A stretch of DNA of 64,000 nucleotides from Enoplolaimus lenunculus (taxonomy: Eukaryota). The stretch is taken from contig JASANG010001107.1 of the NCBI GenBank assembly GCA_030248215.1, forward strand, positions 372,001-436,000, given 5' to 3'. The notes below the pieces were generated by a model, which searched no databases, was not told the DNA's origin, and worked only from the letters and a program-made list of their open reading frames with translations. Positions 50,726-63,172 of the stretch are shown here, piece after piece (the stretch's first letter is position 1; each line of letters opens with the position of its first letter). A program made the position numbers and the translations under genes.

Positions 50726-51570
50726 TTTTACTGGGCGTTTTCCGTACTAAAATACGTGTTGTACTGGCAGTTAACTTGTAAGTTTAAGTTGATTTCTCAT
50801 TTACGTCGCCATACAACAGATATAGCTGCCAACAAATTAATTGCGTATCCAGTCATAGAGTTATCCGCTGGGTATGCACATTCGGTTTTGGTAAATATTC
50901 AATTCAATGAACATGCACTGTTGGGCGACTCTATATATAAACTTTATGCTACAAATTTAGATGCTATATCCGGTACCACTGGTTCCGGTGAAAATCCATT
51001 ATCCAGTTGCGGTATCCGATAAATTGATATCCGGTTGCTCTCTGGTTATCCGCACTTTGCTGGGTAAATATCCGAGTGTAGAATAGCCGAGTCGGATGTT
51101 GATGTTTTGCAGGAAGCATTTTTGTTCCAATGAACGAAACTCGAACAGACCAAACTACCAAACTGTGAATCGTTTTCAAGAAACCTTGGTGCCGGCTTTG
51201 GACTGACCACGGTTAAGTCATGACCTTGAGACAACTCCTAAATGATATGCGAATTCTTTGCTCCTGTTTGTGGACAGGATTTCAGGAATCCCACCAGCAT
51301 GGAGTGGACTTTATCGGTTTCAGCATTTTTTCACCTTCCGGTTCCGGTAAAATTTTACCGGAATTAAAATTTCCGGTATTAAAATTTGGTCGGTGGAAAG
51401 TAAGATATTGTATTAAAAAATGACGACAAAAATTACGTGTATAGATTTCATTAGTAGTATAGTAAGCAAACCTTGACAATCGCAGAAATAACACCGTAGA
51501 AGGTAGATTTCGCTTCCGTGAGTTACACAAATCTAAAATACAGCAGATAAAGTGAATACGTGTCTCCAAC

Positions 51571-52047
51571 CAGGGTGCGACCGGATATTCGGCTCCGGTT
51601 TACTATCCGGCAAAAAACCCGCATCCGGTATCCGGTACAAACCTACCGGATACCGGATTTCGGTGGTTATTTCATAAATCTCAAATTATTGCAAATTATA
51701 TTGTGAGATGTTACGTTTTGAGTTTTATTACATGTAAGTATACGGTAGTCCAACAAAACCGATAAGGTATTCGAGCATACTTTGATTGTCCGAATATGGT
51801 TTGGTTAGTAACGTGGCGATTAGGGTGGGAATTTGTAAGATACACAGTACCTATTTTGCTGGGATATTTCGGTGAGTTTTCTTTATGTGAACGCAATATT
51901 CCCTTTGCTAAAGATAAATTAACATTTACTGACGCATTAACGTGCTAAAAATTGATTTATTTAAAAAACACACTATCCGGTTCCGGTGAAAAAATCTATC
52001 CGGATCCGGTTCCGGTATCCGGTTTTTTGCGATCCGGTCGCACCGTG
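51571..52047. mobile_element. hAT MITE nested in another hAT MITE (~51310-52160)
   Basis: TIR CAGGGTGCGACCGG. Perfect TSD TCTCCAAC. Confidence 0.85.
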
Positions 52048-52430
52048 TCTCCAACTAGGGTTATTTCACCAAAAATTTTGCAAAAAAAAAGAAAATTAAA
52101 ATGAATTCTTCGGTGGCGTGTATTTTTCCGTTTCCGGTACTTTTTCAAAGTCCGGTTCCGATTGTTTGAGGTGAATTAAAATTAAATTGTTAGTTTAGAT
52201 TTTTCATTTTACTTACGTATCAAAATACAAACGCTTCTTGGCTTGCCTAGGAATACGATAAAAGCAGGTGGTAGGTTTTTAGCTAATACTGAAGCAAGGT
52301 GCCGCTGTCGTTTTTTGACGGATTTTAAACAGAGCCGAATGTTTGGACGATCACTGCGAATCCAAAAACCGAATCCAACAATGTTCGGCAATTCGTTTTT
52401 AAGCAATAAAATTTTTAAATAACTTGTTAT

Positions 52431-52775
52431 CAGGGTGCAACAGGAATTACAGTTTAGCAGAACCAAAACCGGAAAATGAAAAATACATGCCACCGAAAAG
52501 TTCATTTTCATTTTCTTTTTTGCAATATTATTACGTAGTGAAATAACTCTTAGTCGGAGATAGGTATTAGTCTACATTTTGATTGTTTATTTTCGGCGAT
52601 TGTCCAGGTTTATATAAGTACAATACGAATGAAGTCTATTTAATTTTTATCGTCATTTTTAGTAAAATATCTTAATTTGCACACTACTTAATACAGAAAA
52701 AATTTTAATTCCATTAAAAATTTACCGAAACCGGAAGGTCAAAAATTAGCGAACCGAAATTTTGATTGCACCCTG
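52431..52775. mobile_element. hAT MITE
   Basis: TIR CAGGGTGCAA. Perfect TSD CTTGTTAT. Confidence 0.85.
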
Positions 52776-55120
52776 CTTGTTATATAAATCAATATTTTTG
52801 TTTCACGTCACCAATCTCAGAACTGAGGTCGGACACGAATGTTGACGTTTAGAAGTTATGCTGTTAGTATTGCATTTGATATTCTGGAACAAATTATTGA
52901 TATAACTGAAATTTGCACATGCAAGATTCGGATACGGCAAATTAACAATGGATTCGGATTAGGTCAAATCGTGGATTCGGTTCCATGGTTCCAACTGGGA
53001 ATAAAATTTGCCGGAATAGGAACCGGAATGGAATTTTTTTAGATCAGGAACAGGAACCGCAATTTAGAATAGAGTGCGAAATGTTTTCTCCTTACCAAGA
53101 TAGGATTTGCCGTCCGGTTTCTTCAAATCAGCTATATGTGCTTGAAAAACGCATTAGGCTGCAAGTTTATTTTTTATCGTAGGCTATATAAACAAGTAAT
53201 ATTATATATACGTAATCAATCGTTATTAAATATCTCTATAAGTAAAAGTTTTCAGGTACATAATTTGGTCCGCGCGATAAACAATGTTGTATAATGCAAA
53301 CTGTAGAAGAGCTAAATGAGCATTTCAGAAACTACAGTTATATTCATGGGTATGTATATTTGTAATTTTTATGCGTGATTCTTAACAATAATATATATAT
53401 TCGAACATCAACTTCTTGCTATCTACGTAGCTTGGATGGCAAACGTGTTCTGTAAGAAGGCCCCGAGTTTAAATCTCTGCTTGATTATATTCATGCGAAA
53501 GAGTTAAAATGTTAGCGTCAGGCCTTTTTACATGTCATCTTGTTTAATTTGTACACACAGTACAGTGTTTGAATGCTAAGGGATGCATTTTAAACTGCAA
53601 GTTTTAATAAATATCGGGTGCCAGCAGGAAGTAAATTATGCCGGAACATGTTCAGAAACAGGAATTGAATTTCTTTGCAGGAACAGGAACCGGAACTTGA
53701 AAGAATTGTTATTACCGAATTACTGTTGGAGTTTTTAGAAAACGTTCCAAAAATGACTTAAGCGAATTTTCTGCTATTTCATTATCAAGTTTTGCGCAAA
53801 GCCAACAGAAACAATTTATTAACAAAATTCAAATACACGAACAGAAACAGGAATTGATTTTTGCAGGAATTCTGGCCGGAACGGGTATTCTGGTGGAACC
53901 CTGGTAGATATTATTGTATTAATCCTGCTTTCAACTTTTGGAATCGTCATCAAAAATATGTGAAAACTAACGGGTGATGCATACCAGATTTAGTATTGAA
54001 ACCGGAATGTAAAAAAAATACGAGTTTATAGATACGTATTTTTATTTGCAGGTATCTATTCAGTGAAGCAGATTTCGTGCTGCATCATAAACTTTTACTG
54101 AACGATCACGAACCGATACGGACAATTCAATTTCCGTATTTCTACCGATGGTTTGAGCATATTCAAGCATTGAAGTTGCAAGAGTAAGTAGTGAACTGTT
54201 ATTTCTTATCAGTAATTCAATACATCAGGGTTTTGCTGGATACCGCAAAATACAGCTCCGTAACCTGTGTCAAATGGTACATAATTTGTCTAATTTCTCG
54301 ACAAAAAAATTTTAGGAAACTCATGACTCGAGCGACCTAACAAGTCACACTTGTTATTTGTAAGTATTAAATCCCAAGACACTTTGCTTCTTTTCTGACA
54401 TCACAGCCTCTCAATAGCTGCAAGGCAACCTCGCTAGCAAAACGAGGTTGAATCTAGGCGTATTCTTGCGTTAAGTCATAGGTAAAAGCAAGTTTTCAAT
54501 TTTGAGCGCGCTAACATTGTCCAACCTAGTGAGCGAATAGAGCGAGATGCATATGTAGTTTTACATTAAATCTCGTGGCACAACTTCAATTCAGAAACCC
54601 ATTTATATATTCATATGCTGAAATTTTCACCCATTTCGGATATATGATGTCCTGGCGGACATTTACACACGTGCACTGTTAATGTGTTGCATGCAAATTA
54701 GTTGCATATCATCTAAAAACGCTATTTTATATCATATTTAGTTGCAACATTATATTAAAGAATCGCTTAATATTGTCCCATTTTTCCTATTTTTCTATAA
54801 TTTTCTTCCTGCCTACAATCCTGTTTTAAAGGCTCCAGCTTCCAAAGGTACTTTAAAATAGAGGTGTCTTAAGATTGGGCTAATATTTTCGCTTAGGCTT
54901 AAGCTTAGTTTTAGACTAATGCTGAAGTTTAGGCTTAGGCTTAGAAATATCAGTGCGCAAATGGTCATCTTTATCAAGTTTTCCAGCGTTATTGTAACTC
55001 AATAAAGATTGTGAACGTACACGAGTAGAGATACCCTCCCCAGGGGGCTTTAAATACTTGCACGAGCAATTGAAAACATTTACAACACATTTATGACACA
55101 AAAAATACATACGTATGTAT

Positions 55121-55516
55121 CAGGGTGCAACCGGAATTACAATTTACCGGAACCGGAAGCGGAATTTGAAAATTTTACCGGAACCGGAACCGGAAAATGA
55201 AAAATGCATTTCACCAAAAATTTCATTTTAATCTTATTTTTTGCTCTATTATTTGTGAAATAACCTTAGTCGAACATAGGTATTTATTTTATTTGTTGTA
55301 TTTTAGATTTTCATCATCGACTGAAGTGAAATCCACCATCAATGGCTTATATTCGGGGTACAAGTGGCTTTCAAAAGAGATTCTTAAAATTAGCAAAGTT
55401 AAGAAAACGGCCAAATTATAATACCGGAATTTTTAAATCCGGTAAAAATTTACCGCAACCGGAACCGGAAGGTGAAAAAATGCCGGAACCGGAACCGGAA
55501 TTCCGGTTGCACCCTG
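55121..55516. mobile_element. hAT MITE, young subfamily
   Basis: Perfect TSD GTATGTAT. Near-identical to 18940-19312 and, inverted, to 62104-62451. Confidence 0.9.
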
Positions 55517-55789
55517 GTATGTATATAAGTAAGTCAACCAGGCCCATGGCAGTTAGCATAAATGCAACAAGTGAAAATACCTGAGTGGGGGTGTCGATTT
55601 TTTGCTGAAGCATATATATATTTGAGATACCTAAGTTACCGGGGCCAGTTTTTATTGACACGGTATTTTTATCTTGTATAGTATATAGATTGTTTTCCCA
55701 GTTATTTTTATATGTGTTCTAACTTGGCCCCGATTGCTACCAGTTCCCATGGATGGGCGTTTAAAAGAAGTTTCACGTTCCCCCAAGCT

Positions 55790-56361
55790 AATAGATAATT
55801 TGCATATTAGCATAGTTTATAAGCCTAAATTAGGACTTTTTACAATATTTCACCAATTATTAAGGTTAAAAGCAATATAATTTCAGCACTAAAGGGTTTT
55901 TGGTGCGAGGAATTTGAATAAAAGTTTACAAACATCCAAAACCGATAATTGAATAGTTAGCTAATAGCTAATTTGCATATTAACTTAATTGACAAGACAA
56001 AACTTGGACTTTTTAAATTATTTTAATAATTATTAGGGTTTACTGAAGGTTTTTGGGTGCGAGGAATCTGTATCAATTGTTTACAAACGTCCAAAACCGA
56101 TAATTGAATATTTAGCTAATAGCTAATTTGTATATTAGCTTAATTGACAAGACAAAATTAGGACTATATAAATTATTCCAAAAATTATTAGGGTGGCTGA
56201 ATGGTTTTTGGATGCGAGGAATCTGAGGAAATTGCTTACAAACCTCCAAAACCAACAAATGAATAGTTAGCTAACAACTAATTTGCACATATTATCTTAA
56301 TTGCTTACGTGTGTTCGAGCTTCGCTAAATAAATGTAGTCCCACTACGACTGGTAATTTTA
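55790..56361 (+). mobile_element. 5'-truncated Helentron-associated (HINE-like) element with ~155-bp tandem units
   Basis: Inverted copy of 56430-57200. Ends GCTTCGCTAAAT..AGTCCCACTACGACTGGTAATTTT. Confidence 0.6.
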
Positions 56362-56427
56362 CTACATTGTGACATGGATGGTTTAGGTTTAGATTTACGC
56401 TTCAGCTTAGACATGGGCCTGTGAAAG

Positions 56428-58125
56428 TAAAAAAATAACCAGTCTTAGTGGGACTACATTTATTGAGCGAAGCTCGAACACACGTAAGCAATTAAGGTAA
56501 TATGCAAATTAGTTATTCGCTAACTATTCGTTTATCGGTTTTAAAGGTTTGTAGGCAATTTATTCAGATTCCTCGCACCCGAAAACCTAATGTTGCTGAA
56601 ATTAGATTGCTTGTAATACTAATAATTAGTGAAACATTGTAAAAACGCATAATTTAGGCTTATCAATTATGCTTATATGCAAATTATTTATTAGCTGTCT
56701 ACTTAATTATCGGTTTTAAATGTTTGTAAACAATTTATTCAGATACCTCGCGCCCAAAAACCTTCTGTAAACCCTAATAATTATTGAAATAATTTAAAAA
56801 GTCATAATTTTGTCTTGTCAATTAAGCTAATATGCTAATTAGCCATTAGCTAACTATTATTGGTTTTGGAGGTTTGTAAACAATTTATTCAAACTCCTCG
56901 CACCTAAAACCCTTTAGTGTTGAAATTATATTGCTTTTAACCTTAATATTTAGTGAAACATTGTAAAAACGCCTTAGGCTTATCAATTATGCTTATATGC
57001 AAATTATCTATTAGCTAACTGCTCAATTATCGGTGTTGGACGTTTGTAAACAGTCTATGCAGATTCCTCGCACCCAAAATCCCGTTTAATGCTGAAATTA
57101 GATTGCATCTAACTGTAATAATTAGTGAAATAATGGAGAAAGTCCTAATTTAGGCTTAATTAATTATGCAAAGTAGCCTGTAGCTAATAAACGGCCTAAA
57201 ATTTAAAAAACCCCAATGCGAGGTTAACCCCCAGGATAATTGGCTTTCAAACAAAAATAGTTTGTCAAAATCGGTTCAGCCGTTCCTATGATTTTTACAG
57301 ACGGACATCCATCTTTCTGGCTTCTCCACAACGTGGGGGGGCAGCACTTTTCGAAATTTTCATTTTCCCCCGGCGAAAATTTTGCCGCCCCCAGGAAAGG
57401 ACCCCGGCGAATTTTCGGCCGCCCCCCAGTGAAATGCCTCCCAGCAAATTTGTTTGCTAGGGGCCCCCAGGACTTTTCTAGGTCAAAAATTTTCAATGTT
57501 AAAACGTAAAGACCTGGACTTCTTTGGAGGCGGACATTCGGCAAAATATGATTTTATATTACGCTGAGTACTCATAATTTTTATTAGCGTTACAAATACC
57601 CGTAGTAACTAATACAATTCAATAATGAACTGAAAAAGCACAATTATATAAAGACCGTTTCAGGGCATACAGCATTCGAAAGTACCTTGCAGCAGCAAGT
57701 TCAACCCGCCTGAGCCTTATGATAATATGAAGCTGTGACTAATATACAAAATATATATTAATCACAGTTCCAGTTATAGATTATCTATATTTTATATAAT
57801 TGTGCTTCTTTCAACTTCTGGTTAAGTTGTCAGTATATACGTAATATTAGTTAAAATTATTGTTATTAGCGTTTGCGAGAAATTTTTGTCATGTTGAGCG
57901 ATGAGTAATCTTACGTTGAGTTGGAAACACGGTCTGGAATGAAAAAATGGTTCAAAAAGTCGGTTTGCAAAATTTTAAGCCTGCCCCCCAGGATCCCCCA
58001 GGAAACGCCGCCCCCGGCGGAAATTTTCAAGCTGTGGAGAAGCCAGCCTTTCGACCCCAGAGACAAAACATAAAACGATTTGCGAAACTCCGAGCTTCGC
58101 TCGGAGTTTCGCTTCGCTCAAAAAT
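56428..58125 (-). mobile_element. Helentron-associated (HINE/DINE-1-like) element interrupted by a MITE
   Basis: Subterminal inverted repeats TTGAGCGAAGC (~56464) / GCTTCGCTCAA (~58111). 14-bp-stem hairpin at 58082-58112. T-rich ends, GTCCGTCTG motif, 150-175-bp central tandem units. Confidence 0.65.
57317..58046. mobile_element. ~730-bp MITE (copy 2, inverted relative to 35723-36473)
   Basis: TIR CTGGCTTCTCCAC..GTGGAGAAGCCAG. Confidence 0.85.
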
Positions 58126-58640
58126 TTTACAGCACACGGAAGTGAATAAGCTTTTAGAGTTGATCAGCAAGTAAAGTTTTCATTAATATTGGCACTGACG
58201 GTCGCATATAATCAGCTTACATTGCTTTTCATATGTGTGCAACATCTGTTATAATTTGAGTTGAAAATAGTATTATGAAAGTTTTCAAACATTGTGTTTG
58301 TGCCGTCATTCTAAGTAAGAAATAGAATAAAAAATAAAGTTTGGCGGCGATTCATTAGTTTAATTGTATGAATTAAACGGCAATACTGAACAGATAAAAA
58401 TATTCAAAACATCTCGGTCTCGTTTTTTTGACCGAGACTTCCCATCCCTGCCTGTCTGACTTCCCATCCCTGCCTGTCTCGGCCTCGTTAGAAATCGTGG
58501 CTCAGAAACATCTCGAATTATAATTCGAATTATGACGAATTTAGAGAAAAACACAAAAATTGCGATATAAAGTATCTTACGATATTTGTGAGATGCTAAT
58601 TTTTATTTTTAACTTGATATATCATACATACCTTAGCACA

Positions 58641-61600
58641 ATGGTTAAAACGTCACACGCGTCGTCATTGAGGCATGAAGAGAACGGTGCTGCTGTGGAA
58701 CACAAACCGAAGCCTGTAACTGATGGAAATCGGTCAATCGAATACATTGTCGATTGCATCTTAGAAAAACTGGAAACTTCACGTCATGATACTCCGCTGG
58801 ATACATGTTTGCTTAGTGCTGAACTATCGGTCGATCATCAAGCAGTCATAGGAGCGTTGAAAAGCGTACAAGCATTTGATGGTGTAAGTCTACGCTTATG
58901 ATTAAGGGCAGGGATGGGCGGTGTCAGTCAATAAAGCGAGACCGAGACCCAACCTACGAGGCTTTTGGTTTCGGTCTCAGTCAGTTTTTAACCGTTACTT
59001 ATACTTGGTGTAAGAAACGCAGTGATTGAAAACTTTCACAAAACTATCACCAAATCCAATTATAGTAGACGTTGCACACATATGAAAATAATCTTAGCGG
59101 ATTATATGCTACCATCAGTGCCAATATCAATAAAAACATTACTAGGTGATCAACTCTGTAAAAAGCTCATTTGTTATGATTGTGCTGTGCAATTTTCTTT
59201 ACTGGTTTACATCTCCACGTCGATGTCTAAGCTGAAGCGTAATCCTATCCCTAAGCCATCCGTGTCACAATGTACATAGTGAAATAATCGCTTTGGGGGA
59301 ACTTGAAACTTCTTTTAAAACAGTCATAGTGTTGAGGGAAGTAAACAAGTACACAATTTTTAGTGGTTCGCACATATGCATTGAGTCCAAAATACGAACA
59401 AGACATTGCTGCGTTCTTTCATCAACCTCAAACTGGCTCAGCTAATAGCAATTGTTTCTCGCTTTTTCATCTCTTTTGTCTCGATTATTGTGCAGTTTGT
59501 ACAGCAAACCGTGGAAAATAAAAAATACGCGTGCCAAACGGAATTCCGATTCTTTTAGGATTAATTTAATGATTCGGCTATTAAAATGCAGATAATTTAC
59601 GCAGTGAACTCTGCGAAACAAAAGCAGCACACACCACTTTGAAACAGATGTAACGTGGCGCATCGAAATTATATATCGTAAAGCTCGCCATGAAACAAAA
59701 TAGTATGGGAGCAGTATTTATAACTACTTATGGGGTTTGAATACTTCTAGTGGCAAAAGGTTCCCAGGACATCTGTAGTATGTGGCTGATATTTTATCAG
59801 CAACAAAAGTAAAATTAATGTAATTAGTATTCAAATTTAAAAAACGCATATAAATACCCGCCCCTCCCTAACCATCAAAAAAATTCCTGGGACTGCCGTG
59901 CCAGGAAGTATTAGCTTAATGTATTAATTCCATAGGGATAACTGACTGAAAAATGATCGGGATGGTACCAAATCAATGACTTGATTTCATTCCGCCGAAT
60001 TCGAACCGTGACTTGGAAAATTGTTCTCCGAATCTTAAGCATGCTGCTGAAACTAGAAATTTCTCTAAAACCCTGTCATGCTATATTAAAATTTCAGTCG
60101 CAAAAACTGCAACGCTTTGAAAAATGGCAGTCTGGTCCAATTCAACAGAATTTTTCAAAAATCAACCTTATTCGGAACCATCTAGTTATTACAATGTTGA
60201 GTGCTATTAATACGTACGTATTCAATGGAGGGTTGAATTGATTTTTAGGTAGTCAGAGCTGAGCAAGTTTCGACGAAACGATGTGAGCTAACGGAAGAGG
60301 GCAAAAGTGTTGCTGTAAACGGAAGTCACGAAGCAGTTTTGTTCAGTGCGGTGCCTGTTAATGGCGGAATATCCCAGGCTGTGCTTATGGTACATTGAGT
60401 CTTGAGCAAACGCAAGGGTTCCTTTCAGTGTAGAAGCTTTTCATATTTTGAACTAGAGTAATTGACGGTATTTTATTTACCTTCGGTTTTCACATCCAAA
60501 TACAGATTTTGAGGGATCCAAGCCGGGTTTTTAAATTTTGCGACAATCAATGGTTAACTGTTCTTAAATATTTAAACTTCAGCATTTTTTGTAAAGTTTG
60601 CTTTAATTTATGTAGTAAAATTACTGCTGTTGGCTTTATGGCTATAATTAATTAAAAATAAATATTAACAACATTTATCTAGAGTAAGATCATTAAGTTT
60701 GGTGCATTTTTAATCAAAATATTGAATGAGAAATATTAGATTTGCAACATTTAAAAATAAATACCCGGACCCGGATTTTTCTGGAAGAAAAGCCCGGATT
60801 CGGAATTTTTAAGAATGCAAACCCGGACCTGGAGTTATTTTCCACACAAATCCGGTCTCGGAATTTTTATTACTTAGAAACTAAACATGATCCTAATTTT
60901 TTAAAGATAGGAAAGAATTTTTGTCTCCATCTATTTCTAACAGCTCAGTATTTAAAATATTAATGGGCAGTATGCAATACGAGGTGACTAATGTCATTCA
61001 CAAAAATTTATTTCAAGTAAATCATAAAACAATGCACTATCCTTGCTAGGGATGTGCCGATACCAAAGTATTTTCCCGGTGCCGATATCGATTATTTTGA
61101 AGATATGCCGATGTCTCTGTATCCCGACCATTCCAACTGTTCCTAATTGCGCATTCGTAATCGTAACCCAAGTATATCTGCTTACGTTAAATTACTCAAC
61201 AAAGGTGAAACCTGTTGACCAACTTTTTCCTTCTGCAGCTTGCTTTTACATTCGACATGCAATTTGTGTTAAGAGACATGTTGGGTGTATTTTGTTTCTA
61301 ATGCATGCGTAAGTGTTTCACACAGTTGGTGTTGGTTGTGCAACTAATCTACAGTTACAATTCAGAATGTAGGCGTGGGATGTTAATAAAATCACTAAGC
61401 TAATTTTGTTCCGGTTACTTTGTCCGGGTATTTTTGCAATACCCGGACCCGGAATAATTTATTATGAAAACCCGGACCCGGAATTTATTGAAGCGAAAAC
61501 CCGGATCCGGACCCGGAATTTTTCGGCAAAAATACCCGGAATACCCGGACCCGGATGCAACTCTAAGAAATATTAATCTTTCGGAAATTTCATATTACTC

Positions 61601-61773
61601 TCAAATTTTACCTAGTATGCTATAATTAATTGTTTAGTATCCTCTGTAGTGAACATCATGTTAATATTTAGAAGTCTGTTCCAAATGCGAAAATTGGGTT
61701 TGCCAAAGCGATCACAGCCGGTTGGATTGGTATTGACAAGAATTCACCTGTTGGTCCAACAGTGTTTAGAAAA
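58641..61773 (+). CDS. FARSA: Phenylalanyl-tRNA synthetase alpha subunit, 5' part. Exons 58641-58883, 60249-60389, 61672-61773 (continues beyond window)
   Basis: LSVDHQAVIGALKSVQA, STKRCELTEEGKSVAVNGSHEAVLF and AKIGFAKAITAGWIGIDK..GPTVFRK match the eukaryotic PheRS-alpha N-terminal domains. Phase-0 GT-AG junctions. Confidence 0.93.
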
Positions 61774-62103
61774 GTTAGTTATACCACTTCTGCTAGTATC
61801 AGGAAATTTAGATACTTGAGACTGAGGTTGCGAGCTGGGGGCGACCAAATATTAATTTACCGGGTGCCATATCAGGAGCAAGATAGAGATTATTTCCGGA
61901 AACAACAGTATATAACATCTAAGTGTGAGCACTGTTGGAAATTATTTGAGTCACGCAAAGTTATATGTTAACTGAATTGAGATTAGTTTCCAGCATTGGA
62001 TGTTTATTTTCACTTCTGTGTGGAAAACTTGAGCTTCTTGACTTGTCCGTCCACAACTGCAATCCAAGTTAAGGAACAGTTTTATGATATTTGTTGCCGC
62101 AAC

Positions 62104-62451
62104 CAGGGTGCAACCGGAATTCCGGTTCCGGCATTTTTTCACCTTCCGGTTCCGATAAATTTTTACCGGATTTAAAAATTCCGGTATTATAATTTGGCCG
62201 TTTTCTTAACTTTGCTAATTTTTAAGAATCTCTTTTGAAAGCCACTTGTACTCCGAATATAAGCCATTAATGGTGGATTTCACTTCATTCGATGATGAAA
62301 ATCTAAAATACAACTAATAAATTAAATACCTATGTTCGACTAAGGTTATTTCACAAATAATAGAGCAAAAAATAAGATTAAAATGAAATTTTTGGTTAAA
62401 TACATTTTTCACTTTCCGGTTCCGGTAAATTGTAATTTCGGTTGCACCCTG
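62104..62451. mobile_element. hAT MITE, young subfamily (inverted)
   Basis: CAGGGTGCAACCG TIRs. Degenerate TSD GCCGCAAC/GTAGCAAC. Confidence 0.85.
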
Positions 62452-62556
62452 GTAGCAACCATATATATCCGGTATCGATCACACGTATATCTTTTTTCTG
62501 AAGGTAAGAAACAGTTATATGATATTTGTTGTTGCAACCGTAATATCGGTACACGA

Positions 62557-63172
62557 CAGGGATGGGGGTCTCGGTCAATTTTTAACCGGTACCGAAAATA
62601 AAAATAAGATTTTTTTAACAAAAGTTTTGAATTTTTTATCTGCACTGAATTGCCGTTTCACGCAATTAAACTAATAAATCGCCGCCAAACTTTTTTACTC
62701 CATTTTTCACTTGGTTACTGTTCACGTACCCTTCGAACAGGCTCAGGACAAATCCCAAAGCTATAGTGTTGTTTTTGATCCAGGGCATACTGAATAGACT
62801 AGATAATTTTTTAATATAGCGTTGACTTATAAGTGCGGATGACCATAATTTTTACACGATGCCTTAAATGTTTTAGACGGGAAACTGCAACTATTTGTGC
62901 TTTTTCACAATAAGATCATTGTGAGGGTCATTCTGTTTCTCAAATCGCTGTAAATCAGGGTAGCGGTGCTCCACAATCGTTCGATGCCTGTGTTTGTAGG
63001 CGAAATGCGCAAGTATTTCCGGGCCAAAGCTGTGATCCAAAGAAATTTTTTGTGATTGCTTATCGCTTTTTCACCTCTGGTCTCGATTTGCATACCGCCG
63101 AGGCTGAAAAAAGCGATACCGAGAGCGAGATCAGCAACAGCATGAGACAGGGACCGAGACCGCCCATCCCTG
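62557..63172 (-). mobile_element. Non-autonomous hAT element retaining a C-terminal dimerisation-domain fragment
   Basis: TIR CAGGGATGGG..CCCATCCCTG. ORF 62905-63093 encodes ALARKYLRISPTNTGIERLWSTATLIYSDLRNRM. Confidence 0.8.
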
